The position numbers were made by a program, and so were the translations under genes. Shown here one piece after another: positions 1 through 19,204 of a stretch of DNA of 64,000 nucleotides (its first letter is position 1; the number at the start of each line of letters is the position of its first letter). The notes under the pieces are model-generated. The model was not told the DNA's origin. It saw only the letters and a program-made list of their open reading frames with translations, and did no database searches. This DNA is from the human T2T-CHM13v2.0 reference genome, Homo sapiens. Where the stretch lies: NCBI RefSeq assembly GCF_009914755.1, contig NC_060948.1; one strand, 5' to 3'.

Positions 1-430
1 TAACATATTTTGAAAGCCTTAACTAGTAATTTGAAGAGTTGGCATTTGAAAGGCCAGTATGAATATACCTTCAATGCAGCAACACAGGTTCCCCATGAGA
101 AAAAGCAAACACAGGGAAAATAAAAACACAAAGGTTCAATCTCTTCTGACCTTTGAAAGACACAGCACAGACAGTGGTACTTAGGACGAAGAGCAGGAGA
201 CCCCTAATTCCGTCACCATGGCGATAGTGCATAAACATTGCTGGGTGAGGGCACAATCCACATTGTGAGGTCCAACTGCTGCCAGGAAGACAGGAGTGCT
301 TTCACATAGACCGAAAGGTCATTGAAGGCTCAGAGTTTTGTTTCAAGAACTGAATCCCAAGCCCACACGTTATTAGGCTGCGCTTCTTAAAACAAGTTAT
401 GAGATGGGAAAAAGGGCACCCACAAACATA
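1..430. repeat. HSATI-type GC-richer segment of the first unit (partial at window start)
   Basis: Mixed-composition segment that ends at ...gggcacccacaaacatacg, where the AT-rich sequence starts; present in every unit. Confidence 0.8.
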
Positions 431-2102
<1,672 letters not shown>

Positions 2103-2105
2103 TAG

Positions 2106-2135
2106 CTGGGACTACACCACACTGGGACTACACCA
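2106..2135. repeat. 14-bp direct duplication inside the Alu right arm (CTGGGACTACACCA-CA-CTGGGACTACACCA)
   Basis: Read directly at 2106-2119 and 2122-2135; present in every unit. Confidence 0.9.
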
Positions 2136-2205
2136 GCTGCCACCATGCCTAGCTAATTTTTTGGATTTTTAATAGTGACAGCGTTTCACTGTATTGGCCA
2201 GGATG

Positions 2206-2214
2206 GTCTTGATC
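2206..2214 (-). promoter_or_regulatory. Alu Pol III B-box-like motif GATCAAGAC (representative; one per unit); activity unknown
   Basis: Minus-strand GATCAAGAC fits GWTCRANNC at the expected left-arm position. Confidence 0.4.
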
Positions 2215-2276
2215 TCCTCACCTTGTGATCCCCTTGCCTTGGCCTCCAAATTTGCTGGGATTACAGGCCTGAGCCA

Positions 2277-2848
2277 AGATCCATATTTTTTAAATGAAAA
2301 AAAATTTCAAAGGTACTCTGCTTGGTACAATAATCAAATGTATAAACTGAGGAATAAAACATAACCATGAAACCTACTTATAACTGCATATGGAAAATAC
2401 AGAGGATAATTTTTTAAATAACATAGTTTGAAAGCCTTAACTAGTAATTTGAAGAGTTGGCATTTGAAAGGCCAGTATGAATATACCTTCAAAGCAGCAA
2501 CACAGGTTCCCCATGAGAAAAAGCAAACACAGGGAAAATAAAAACACAAAGGTTCAATCTCTTCTGACCTTTGAAAGACACAGCACAGACAGTGGTCCTT
2601 AGGACGAAGAGCAGGAGACCCCTAATTCCGTCACCATGGCGATAGGGCATAAACATTGCTGGGTGAGGGCACAATCCACATTGTGAGGTCCAACTGCTGC
2701 CAGGAAGACAGGAGTGCTTTTACATAGACCGAAAGGTCATTGAAGGCTCAGAGTTTTGTTTCAAGAACTGAATCCCAAGCCCACACGTTATTAGGCTGCG
2801 TTTCTTAAAACAAGTTATGAGATGGGAAAAAGGGCACCCACAAACATA
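2277..2848. repeat. Complete HSATI-type segment (representative copy; recurs every ~2419 bp)
   Basis: Runs from the Alu 5' end (gagcca|agatcc) to the start of the AT-rich block; boundaries approximate. Confidence 0.8.
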
Positions 2849-4378
2849 CGTATACATTATGTATATAATAATATACAGTGTCATATATATAATATATATA
2901 ACCTATGTATAATATTGTTTTACATCCTGCATCTTATGTTATATATATTGTATAAAATATAATAATTGATAATATATAACTTTTATAATTATACAATATG
3001 ACATATAGTATATATTATAATTTATGACATATATAATATATGTTATATATCATATACAGAATATACTATACGGTTAATATACGTATTAAATATAAATTAT
3101 ACATTATATATATTATATATAATATATCTGTTATATATAATACCCATTATGCATAATATATATATTATGTCTATGTTATATATAGTATAAAACAACATAT
3201 AATAATATATAATTGTATATATAAATGCGACATATAATATATATTATATTTTATGACATATGTAATATATATTATATATTATATATAATACGTTGTATGT
3301 ATAATACCTATATTAAATATATATTATATGACTATGTTATTAATTACATGTCACATGTGTTATATATTATATATTTTACATAGAATATACCGGTTACATA
3401 CAATATATACCATGTTACCTATAATGTATAATTTATTACATGTAAAATAAAGAATGCAATATATTATGTATAATTTATAATATACAATATGTGGAATGTG
3501 ATATATATAACATATAATATATGATATATGATATACAGTATATGATATATAACATACAATATATGATTCCTAATATATATGGTATACAATATATATTTTA
3601 TGATATGTATTCTGTATGTTTTATATTCTGTTATATATAACTATTTGAAATTATATATAACTGTATAATATTTTATGTAAATATGTAATATAATATATAT
3701 AACTATATAATATATTATATATAACTATATATTATGTTATATATACTTTTATAACATAATTTACATAAAATATCATAATATAATATATATTATATTATTT
3801 CATATTACATAATATATATTACATATCACCCAATATAACTAACATACATAATATTATAATATAGATTATATTATGTTATATTAAATATCATATATATCAT
3901 GTATCATATATTCTATAATATATATTACACATTATATAATATGTATGTTGTCTATTATGTGATATATATAACTATATATAATTATATTTTTATACATATA
4001 ACTAGATAAACATGTAATTCTACATATTTTCATTTATAATATGTAGAAGTATATAATCATATATAATTATTTATATTCTATAAAAAATTTTATCATTATA
4101 TAAATTATAATATATAAAAATTATAATATGTACTACAAATATATATATTATCTATCATATATGATATAGTACCTTTGTTATATATCATAATACATATAAA
4201 TGTGTATTATGTTATCTATAATTATATAATTTCATATATAAGATGTATAATATGTATCATATATTATATATGTTATGTAATATATATAGTATATATAAGA
4301 TGACACAGGATAAATATTACATTCTATGACATATAAAATATATGAGGTTATATGTTACATATAAGGCATAGCACATAA

Positions 4379-4693
<315 letters not shown>

Positions 4694-6797
4694 AGATCCA
4701 TATTTTTTAAATGAAAAAAAATTTCAAAGGTACTCTGCTTGGTACAATAATCAAATGTATAAACTGAGGAATAAAACATAACCATGAAACCTACTTATAA
4801 CTGCATATGGAAAATACAGAGGATAATTTTTTAAATAACATAGTTTGAAAGCCTTAACTAGTAATTTGAAGAGTTGGCATTTGAAAGGCCAGTATGAATA
4901 TACCTTCAAAGCAGCAACACAGGTTCCCCATGAGAAAAAGCAAACACAGGGAAAATAAAAACACAAAGGTTCAATCTCTTCTGACCTTTGAAAGACACAG
5001 CACAGACAGTGGTCCTTAGGACGAAGAGCAGGAGACCCCTAATTCCGTCACCATGGCGATAGGGCATAAACATTGCTGGGTGAGGGCACAATCCACATTG
5101 TGAGGTCCAACTGCTGCCAGGAAGACAGGAGTGCTTTTACATAGACCGAAAGGTCATTGAAGGCTCAGAGTTTTGTTTCAAGAACTGAATCCCAAGCCCA
5201 CACGTTATTAGGCTGCGTTTCTTAAAACAAGTTATGAGATGGGAAAAAGGGCACCAACAAACATACGTATACATTACGTATATAATAATATACAGTGTCA
5301 TATATATAATATATATAACCTATGTATAATATTGTTTTACATCCTGCATCTTATGTTATATATATTGTATAAAATATAATAATTGATAATATATAACTTT
5401 TATAATTATACAATATGACATATAGTATATATTATAATTTATGACATATATAATATATGTTATATATCATATACAGAATATACTATACGGTTAATATACG
5501 TATTAAATATAAATTATACATTATATATATTATATATAATATATCTGTTATATATAATACCCGTTATGCATAATATATATATTATGTCTATGTTATATAT
5601 AGTATAAAACAACATATAATAATATATAATTGTATATATAAATGCGACATATAATATATATTATATTTTATGACATATGTAATATATATTATATATTATA
5701 TATAATACGTTGTATGTATAATACCTATATTAAATATAGATTATATGACTATGTTATTAATTACATGTCACATGTGTTATATATTATATATTTTACATAG
5801 AATATACCGGTTACATACAATATATACCATGTTACCTATAATGTATAATTTATTACATGTAAAATAAAGAATGCAATATATTATGTATAATTTATAATAT
5901 ACAATATGTGGAATGTGATATGTATAACATATAATATATGATATATGATATACAGTATATGATATATAACATACAATATATGATTCCTAATATATATGGT
6001 ATACAATATATATTTTATGATATGTATTCTATATGTTTTATATTCTGTTATATATAACTATATGAAATTATATATAACTGTATAATATTTTATGTAAATA
6101 TGTAATATAATATATATAACCATATAATATATTATATATAACTATATATTATGTTATATATACTTTTATAACATAATTTACATAAAATATCATAATATAA
6201 TATATATTATATTATTTCATATTACATAATATATATTACATATCACCCAATATAACTAACATACATAATATTATAATATAGATTATATTATGTTATATTA
6301 AATATCATATATATCATGTATCATATATTCTATAATATATATTACACATTATATAATATGTATGTTGTCTATTATGTGATATATATAACTATATATATAA
6401 TTATATTTTTATACATATAACTAGATAAACATGTAATTCTACATATTTTCATTTATAATATGTAGAAGTATATAATCATATATAATTATTTATATTCTAT
6501 AAAAAATTTTATCTTTATACAAATTATAATATATAAAAATTATAATATGTACTACAAATATATATATTATCTATCATATATGATATAGTACCTTTGTTAT
6601 ATATCATAATACATATAAATGTGTATTATGTTATCTATAATTATATAATTTCATATATAAGATGTATAATATGTATCATATATTATATATGTTATGTAAT
6701 ATATATAGTATATATAAGATGACACAGGATAAATATTATATACTATGACATATAAAATATATGAGGTTATATGTTACATATAAGGCATAGCACATAA

Positions 6798-7112
<315 letters not shown>

Positions 7113-9240
7113 AGATCCATATTTTTTAAATGAAAAAAAATTTCAAAGGTACTCTGCTTGGTACAATAATCAAATGTATAAACTGAGGAATAAAACATAA
7201 CCATGAAACCTACTTATAACTGCATATGGAAAATACAGAGGATAATTTTTTAAATAACATATTTTGAAAGCCTTAACTAGTAATTTGAAGAGTTGGCATT
7301 TGAAAGGCCAGTATGAATATACCTTCAAAGCAGCAACACAGGTTCCCCATGAGAAAAAGCAAACACAGGGAAAATAAAAACACAAAGGTTCAATCTCTTC
7401 TGACCTTTGAAAGACACAGCACAGACAGTGGTCCTTAGGACGAAGAGCAGGAGACCCCTAATTCCGTCACCATGGCGATAGGGCATAAACATTGCTGGGT
7501 GAGGGCACAATCCACATTGTGAGGTCCAACTGCTGCCAGGAAGACAGGAGTGCTTTTACATAGACCGAAAGGTCATTGAAGGCTCAGAGTTTTGTTTCAA
7601 GAACTGAATCCCAAGCCCACACGTTATTAGGCTGCGTTTCTTAAAACAAGTTATGAGATGGGAAAAAGGGCACCAACAAACATACGTATACATTACGTAT
7701 ATAATAATATACAGTGTCATATATATAATATATATAACCTATGTATAATATTGTTTTACATCCTGCATCTTATGTTATATATATTGTATAAAATATAATA
7801 ATTGATAATATATAACTTTTATAATTATACAATATGACATATAGTATATATTATAATTTATGACATATATAATATATGTTATATATCATATACAGAATAT
7901 ATTATACGGTTAATATACGTATTAAATATAAATTATACATTATATATATTATATATAATATATCTGTTATATATAATACCCGTTATGCATAATATATATA
8001 TTATGTCTATGTTATATATAGTATAAAACAACATATAATAATATATAATTGTATATATAAAATGCGACATATAATATATATTATATTTTATAACATATGT
8101 AATATATCTTATATATTATATATAATACGTTGTATGTATAATACCTATATTAAATATATATTATATGACTATGTTATTAATTACATGTCACATGTGTTAT
8201 ATATTATATATTTTACATAGAATATACCGGTTACATACAATATATACCATGTTACCTATAATGTATAATTTATTACATGTAAAATAAAGAATGCAATATA
8301 TTATGTATAATTTATAATATACAATATGTGGAATGTGATATATATAACATATAATATATGATATATGATATACAGTATATGATATATAACATACAATATA
8401 TGATTCCTAATATATATGGTATACAATATATATTTTATGATATGTATTCTGTATGTTTTATATTCTGTTATATATAACTATTTGAAATTATATATAACTG
8501 TATAATATTTTATGTAAATATATAATATAATATATATAACTATATAATATATTATATATAACTATATATTATGTTATATATACTTTTATAACATAATTTA
8601 CATAAAATATCATAATATAATATATATTATATTATTTCATATTACATAATATATATTACATATCACCGAATATAACTAACATACATAATATTATAATATA
8701 GATTATATTATGTTATATTAAATATCATATATATCATGTATCATATATTCTATAATATATATTACACATTATATAATATGTATGTTGTCTATTATGTGAT
8801 ATATATAACTATATATATAATTATATTTTTATACATATAACTAGATAAACATGTAATTCTACATATTTTCATTTATAATATGTAGAAGTATATAATCATA
8901 TATAATTATTTATATTCTATAAAAAATTTTATCATTATCTAAATTATAATATATAAAAATTATAATATGTACTACAAATATATATATTATATATCATATA
9001 TGATATAGTACCTTTGTTATATATCATAATACATATAAATGTGTATTATGTTATCTATAATTATATAATTTCATATATAAGATGTATAATATGTATCATA
9101 TATTATATATGTTATGTAATATATATAGTATATATAAGATGACACAGGATAAATATTACATTCTATGACATATAAAATATATGAGGTTATATGTTACATA
9201 TAAGGCATAGCACATAACATGTAATATATATCATATATAA

Positions 9241-9532
9241 TTTTTTTTTAGACAGAATCTTGTCCTGTTGCACAGGGTGGGGTAAAATGGCGCCATCTTT
9301 GCTCACTGCAACTTCTGCCTCACGGGTCCAAGCGATTGTCCTCCCTCAGCCTCCCAGGTAGCTGGGACTACACCACACTGGGACTACACCAGCTGCCACC
9401 ATGCCTAGCTAATTTTTTGGATTTTTAGTAGTGACAGCCTTTCACTGTATTGGCCAGGATGGTCTTGATCTCTTCACCTTGTGATCCCCTTGCCTTGGCC
9501 TCCAAATTTGCTGGGATTACAGGCCTGAGCCA
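9241..9532 (-). mobile_element. Diverged Alu, U4
   Basis: Copy of the U1 Alu. Confidence 0.95.
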
Positions 9533-11637
9533 AGATCCATATTTTTTAAATGAAAAAAAATTTCAAAGGTACTCTGCTTGGTACAATAATCAAATGTATA
9601 AACTGAGGAATAAAACATAACCATGAAACCTACTTATAACTGCATATGGAAAATACAGAGGATAATTTTTTAAATAACATATTTTGAAAGCCTTAACTAG
9701 TAATTTGAAGAGTTGGCATTTGAAAGGCCAGTATGAATATACCTTCAATGCAGCAACACAGGTTCCCCATGAGAAAAAGCAAACACAGGGAAAATAAAAA
9801 CACAAAGGTTCAATCTCTTCTGACCTTTGAAAGACACAGCACAGACAGTGGTCCTTAGGACGAAGAGCAGGAGACCCCTAATTCCGTCACCATGGCGATA
9901 GTGCATAAACATTGCTGGGTGAGGGCACAATCCACATTGTGAGGTCCAACTGCTGCCAGGAAGACAGGAGTGCTTTTACATAGACCGAAAGGTCATTGAA
10001 GGCTCAGAGTTTTGTTTCAAGAACTGAATCCCAAGCCCACACGTTATTAGGCTGCGCTTCTTAAAACAAGTTATGAGATGGGAAAAAGGGCACCCACAAA
10101 CATACGTATACATTATGTATATAATAATATACAGTGTCATATATATAATATATATAACCTATGTATAATATTGTTTTACATCCTGCATCTTATGTTATAT
10201 ATATTGTATAAAATATAATAATTGATAATATATAAGTTTTATAATTATACAATATGACATATAGTATATATTATAATTTATGACATATATAATATATGTT
10301 ATATATCATATACAGAATATATTATACGGTTAATATACGTATTAAATATAAATTATACATTATATATATTATATATAATATATCTGTTATATATAATACC
10401 CGTTATGCATAATATATATATTATGTCTATGTTATATATAGTATAAAACAACATATAATAATATATAATTGTATATATAAAATGCGACATATAATATATA
10501 TTATATTTTATAACATATGTAATATATATTATATATTATATATAATACGTTGTATGTATAATACCTATATTAAATATATATTATATGACTATGTTGTTAA
10601 TTACATGTCACATGTGTTATATATTATATATTTTACATAGAATATACCGGTTACATACAATATATACCATGTTACCTATAATGTATAATTTATTACATGT
10701 AAAATAAAGAATGCAATATATTATGTATAATTTATAATATACAATATGTGGAATGTGATATATATAACATATAATATATGATATATGATATACAGTATAT
10801 GATATATAACATACAATATATGATTCCTAATATATATGGTATACAATATATATTTTATGATATGTATTCTGTATGTTTTATATTCTGTTATATATAACTA
10901 TTTGAAATTATATATAACTGTATAATATTTTATGTAAATATGTAATATAATATATATAACTATGTAATATATTATATATAACTATATATTATGTTATATA
11001 TACTTTTATAACATAATTTACATAAAATATCATAATATAATATATATTATATTATTTCATATTACATAATATATATTACATATCACCCAATATAATTAAC
11101 ATACATAATATTATAATATAGATTATATTATGGTATATTAAATATCATATATATCATGTATCATATATTCTATAATATATATTACACATTATATAATATG
11201 TATGTTGTCTATTATGTGATATATATAACTATATATATAATTATATTTTTATACATATAACTAGATAAACATGTAATTCTACATATTTTCATTTATAATA
11301 TGTAGAAGTATATAATCATATATAATTATTTATATTCTATAAAAAATTTTATCATTATCTAAATTATAATATATAAAAATTATAATATGTACTACAAATA
11401 TATATATTATATATCATATATGATATAGTACCTTTGTTATATATCATAATACATATAAATGTGTATTATGTTATCTATAATTATATAATTTCATATATAA
11501 GATGTATAATATGTATCATATATTATATATGTTATGTAATATATATAGTATATATAAGATGACACAGGATAAATATTACATTCTATGACATATAAAATAT
11601 ATGAGGTTATATGTTACATATAAGGCATAGCACATAA

Positions 11638-11951
<314 letters not shown>

Positions 11952-14054
11952 AGATCCATATTTTTTAAATGAAAAAAAATTTCAAAGGTACTCTGCTTGG
12001 TACAATAATCAAATGTATAAACTGAGGAATAAAACATAACCATGAAACCTACTTATAACTGCATATGGAAAATACAGAGGATAATTTTTTAAATAACATA
12101 TTTTGAAAGCCTTAACTAGTAATTTGAAGAGTTGGCATTTGAAAGGCCAGTATGAATATACCTTCAATGCAGCAACACAGGTTCCCCATGAGAAAGAGCA
12201 AACACAGGGAAAATAAAAACACAAAGGTTCAATCTCTTCTGACCTTTGAAAGACACAGCACAGACAGTGGTACTTAGGACGAAGAGCAGGAGACCCCTAA
12301 TTCCGTCACCATGGCGATAGTGCATAAACATTGCTGGGTGAGGGCACAATCCACATTGTGAGGTCCAACTGCTGCCAGGAAGACAGGAGTGCTTTCACAT
12401 AGACCGAAAGGTCATTGAAGGCTCAGAGTTTTGTTTCAAGAACTGAATCCCAAGCCCACACGTTATTAGGCTGCGCTTCTTAAAACAAGTTATGAGATGG
12501 GAAAAAGGGCACCCACAAACATACGTATACATTATGTATATAATAATATACAGTGTCATATATATAATATATATAACCTATGTATAATATTGTTTTACAT
12601 CCTGCATCTTATGTTATATATATTGTATAAAATATAATAATTGATAATATATAAGTTTTATAATTATACAATATGACATATAGTATATATTATAATTTAT
12701 GACATATATAATATATGTTATATATCATATACAGAATATATTATACGGTTAATATACGTATTAAATATAAATTATACATTATATATATTATATATAATAT
12801 ATCTGTTATATATAATACCCGTTATGCATAATATATATATTATGTCTATGTTATATATAGTATAAAACAACATATAATAATATATAATTGTATATATAAA
12901 ATGCGACATATAATATATATTATATTTTATAACATATGTAATATATATTATATATTATATATAATACGTTGTATGTATAATACCTATATTAAATATATAT
13001 TATATGACTATGTTATTAATTACATGTCACATGTGTTATATATTATATATTTTACATAGAATATACCGGTTACATACAATATATACCATGTTACCTATAA
13101 TGTATAATTTATTACATGTAAAATAAAGAATGCAATATATTATGTATAATTTATAATATACAATATGTGGAATGTGATATATATAACATATAATATATGA
13201 TATATGATATACAGTATATGATATATAACATACAATATATGATTCCTAATATATATGGTATACAATATATATTTTATGATATGTATTCTGTATGTTTTAT
13301 ATTCTGTTATATATAACTATTTGAAATTATATATAACTGTATAATATTTTATGTAAATATGTAATATAATATATATAACTATATAATATATTATATATAA
13401 CTATATATTATGTTATATATACTTTTATAACATAATTTACATAAAATATCATAATATAATATATATTATATTATTTCATATTACATAATATATATTACAT
13501 ATCACCCAATATAACTAACATACATAATATTATAATATAGATTATATTGTGTTATATTAAATATCATATATATCATGTATCATATATTCTATAATATATA
13601 TTACACATTATATAATATGTTTGTTGTCTATTATGTGATATATATAACTATATATAATTATATTTTTATACATATAACTAGATAAACATGTAATTCTACA
13701 TATTTTCATTTATAATATGTAGAAGTATATAATCATATATAAATATTTATATTCTATAAAAAATTTTATCATTATATAAATTATAATATATAAAAATTAT
13801 AATATGTACTACAAATATATATATTATCTATCATATAAGATATAGTACCTTTGTTATATATCATAATACATATAAATGTGTATTATGTTATCTATAATTA
13901 TATAATTTCATATATAAGATGTATAATATGTATCATATATTATATATGTTATGTAATATATATAGTATATATAAGATGACACAGGATAAATATTACATTC
14001 TATGACATATAAAATATATGAGGTTATATGTTACATATAAGGCATAGCACATAG

Positions 14055-14369
<315 letters not shown>

Positions 14370-16471
14370 AGATCCATATTTTTTAAATGAAAAAAAATTT
14401 CAAAGGTACTCTGCTTGGTACAATAATCAAATGTATAAACTGAGGAATAAAACATAACCATGAAACCTACTTATAACTGCATATGGAAAATACAGAGGAT
14501 AATTTTTTAAATAACATAGTTTGAAAGCCTTAACTAGTAATTTGAAGAGTTGGCATTTGAAAGGCCAGTATGAATATACCTTCAAAGCAGCAACACAGGT
14601 TCCCCATGAGAAAAAGCAAACACAGGGAAAATAAAAACACAAAGGTTCAATCTCTTCTGACCTTTGAAAGACACAGCACAGACAGTGGTCCTTAGGACGA
14701 AGAGCAGGAGACCCCTAATTCCGTCACCATGGCGATAGGGCATAAACATTGCTGGGTGAGGGCACAATCCACATTGTGAGGTCCAACTGCTGCCAGGAAG
14801 ACAGGAGTGCTTTTACATAGACCGAAAGGTCATTGAAGGCTCAGAGTTTTGTTTCAAGAACTGAATCCCAAGCCCACACGTTATTAGGCTGCGTTTCTTA
14901 AAACAAGTTATGAGATGGGAAAAAGGGCACCCACAAACATACGTATACATTATGTATATAATAATATACAGTGTCATATATATAATATATATAACCTATG
15001 TATAATATTGTTTTACATCCTGCATCTTATGTTATATATATTGTATAAAATATAATAATTGATAATATATAACTTTTATAATTATACAATATGACATATA
15101 GTATATATTATAATTTATGACATATATAATATATGTTATATATCATATACAGAATATACTATACGGTTAATATACGTATTAAATATAAATTATACATTAT
15201 ATATATTATATATAATATATCTGTTATATATAATACCCATTATGCATAATATATATATTATGTCTATGTTATATATAGTATAAAACAACATATAATAATA
15301 TATAATTGTATATATAAATGCGACATATAATATATATTATATTTTATGACATATGTAATATATATTATATATTATATATAATACGTTGTATGTATAATAC
15401 CTATATTAAATATATATTATATGACTATGTTATTAATTACATGTCACATGTGTTATATATTATATATTTTACATAGAATATACCGGTTACATACAATATA
15501 TACCATGTTACCTATAATGTATAATTTATTACATGTAAAATAAAGAATGCAATATATTATGTATAATTTATAATATACAATATGTGGAATGTGATATATA
15601 TAACATATAATATATGATATATGATATACAGTATATGATATATAACATACAATATATGATTCCTAATATATATGGTATACAATATATATTTTATGATATG
15701 TATTCTGTATGTTTTATATTCTGTTATATATAACTATTTGAAATTATATATAACTGTATAATATTTTATGTAAATATGTAATATAATATATATAACTATA
15801 TAATATATTATATATAACTATATATTATGTTATATATACTTTTATAACATAATTTACATAAAATATCATAATATAATATATATTATATTATTTCATATTA
15901 CATAATATATATTACATATCACCCAATATAACTAACATACATAATATTATAATATAGATTATATTATGTTATATTAAATATCATATATATCATGTATCAT
16001 ATATTCTATAATATATATTACACATTATATAATATGTATGTTGTCTATTATGTGATATATATAACTATATATAATTATATTTTTATACATATAACTAGAT
16101 AAACATGTAATTCTACATATTTTCATTTATAATATGTAGAAGTATATAATCATATATAATTATTTATATTCTATAAAAAATTTTATCATTATATAAATTA
16201 TAATATATAAAAATTATAATATGTACTACAAATATATATATTATCTATCATATATGATATAGTACCTTTGTTATATATCATAATACATATAAATGTGTAT
16301 TATGTTATCTATAATTATATAATTTCATATATAAGATGTATAATATGTATCATATATTATATATGTTATGTAATATATATAGTATATATAAGATGACACA
16401 GGATAAATATTACATTCTATGACATATAAAATATATGAGGTTATATGTTACATATAAGGCATAGCACATAA

Positions 16472-16786
<315 letters not shown>

Positions 16787-18889
16787 AGATCCATATTTTT
16801 TAAATGAAAAAAAATTTCAAAGGTACTCTGCTTGGTACAATAATCAAATGTATAAACTGAGGAATAAAACATAACCATGAAACCTACTTATAACTGCATA
16901 TGGAAAATACAGAGGATAATTTTTTAAATAACATATTTTGAAAGCCTTAACTAGTAATTTGAAGAGTTGGCATTTGAAAGGCCAGTATGAATATACCTTC
17001 AATGCAGCAACACAGGTTCCCCATGAGAAAAAGCAAACACAGGGAAAATAAAAACACAAAGGTTCAATCTCTTCTGACCTTTGAAAGACACAGCACAGAC
17101 AGTGGTACTTAGGACGAAGAGCAGGAGACCCCTAATTCCGTCACCATGGCGATAGTGCATAAACATTGCTGGGTGAGGGCACAATCCACATTGTGAGGTC
17201 CAACTGCTGCCAGGAAGACAGGAGTGCTTTCACATAGACCGAAAGGTCATTGAAGGCTCAGAGTTTTGTTTCAAGAACTGAATCCCAAGCCCACACGTTA
17301 TTAGGCTGCGCTTCTTAAAACAAGTTATGAGATGGGAAAAAGGGCACCCACAAACATACGTATACATTATGTATATAATAATATACAGTGTCATATATAT
17401 AATATATATAACCTATGTATAATATTGTTTTACATCCTGCATCTTATGTTATATATATTGTATAAAATATAATAATTGATAATATATAAGTTTTATAATT
17501 ATACAATATGACATATAGTATATATTATAATTTATGACATATATAATATATGTTATATATCATATACAGAATATATTATACGGTTAATATACGTATTAAA
17601 TATAAATTATACATTATATATATTATATATAATATATCTGTTATATATAATACCCGTTATGCATAATATATATATTATGTCTATGTTATATATAGTATAA
17701 AACAACATATAATAATATATAATTGTATATATAAAATGCGACATATAATATATATTATATTTTATAACATATGTAATATATATTATATATTATATATAAT
17801 ACGTTGTATGTATAATACCTATATTAAATATATATTATATGACTATGTTATTAATTACATGTCACATGTGTTATATATTATATATTTTACATAGAATATA
17901 CCGGTTACATACAATATATACCATGTTACCTATAATGTATAATTTATTACATGTAAAATAAAGAATGCAATATATTATGTATAATTTATAATATACAATA
18001 TGTGGAATGTGATATATATAACATATAATATATGATATATGATATACAGTATATGATATATAACATACAATATATGATTCCTAATATATATGGTATACAA
18101 TATATATTTTATGATATGTATTCTGTATGTTTTATATTCTGTTATATATAACTATTTGAAATTATATATAACTGTATAATATTTTATGTAAATATGTAAT
18201 ATAATATATATAACTATATAATATATTATATATAACTATATATTATGTTATATATACTTTTATAACATAATTTACATAAAATATCATAATATAATATATA
18301 TTATATTATTTCATATTACATAATATATATTACATATCACCCAATATAACTAACATACATAATATTATAATATAGATTATATTGTGTTATATTAAATATC
18401 ATATATATCATGTATCATATATTCTATAATATATATTACACATTATATAATATGTATGTTGTCTATTATGTGATATATATAACTATATATAATTATATTT
18501 TTATACATATAACTAGATAAACATGTAATTCTACATATTTTCATTTATAATATGTAGAAGTATATAATCATATATAAATATTTATATTCTATAAAAAATT
18601 TTATCATTATATAAATTATAATATATAAAAATTATAATATGTACTACAAATATATATATTATCTATCATATAAGATATAGTACCTTTGTTATATATCATA
18701 ATACATATAAATGTGTATTATGTTATCTATAATTATATAATTTCATATATAAGATGTATAATATGTATCATATATTATATATGTTATGTAATATATATAG
18801 TATATATAAGATGACACAGGATAAATATTACATTCTATGACATATAAAATATATGAGGTTATATGTTACATATAAGGCATAGCACATAG

Positions 18890-19204
<315 letters not shown>

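Noticed and set aside
71-256. 61-aa minus-strand ORF (MCPHPAMF...) open in all 27 units
   Set aside because: Short, no recognisable domain, begins at a non-ATG codon (plus strand cacaa = TTG), and persistence is explained by near-identity of the units; observed variants change amino acids freely.
252-267. Small hairpin CACAAT-CCAC-ATTGTG, and palindrome ATGGCGCCAT at 2031-2040
   Set aside because: Short enough to occur by chance; conservation between units is uninformative.
2334-2549. 71-aa minus-strand ORF (MCFYFPCV...) in 26 units
   Set aside because: Overlaps the other ORF in a different frame, has a non-ATG start, F/Y/L/C bias from T-rich sequence, and no gene context.
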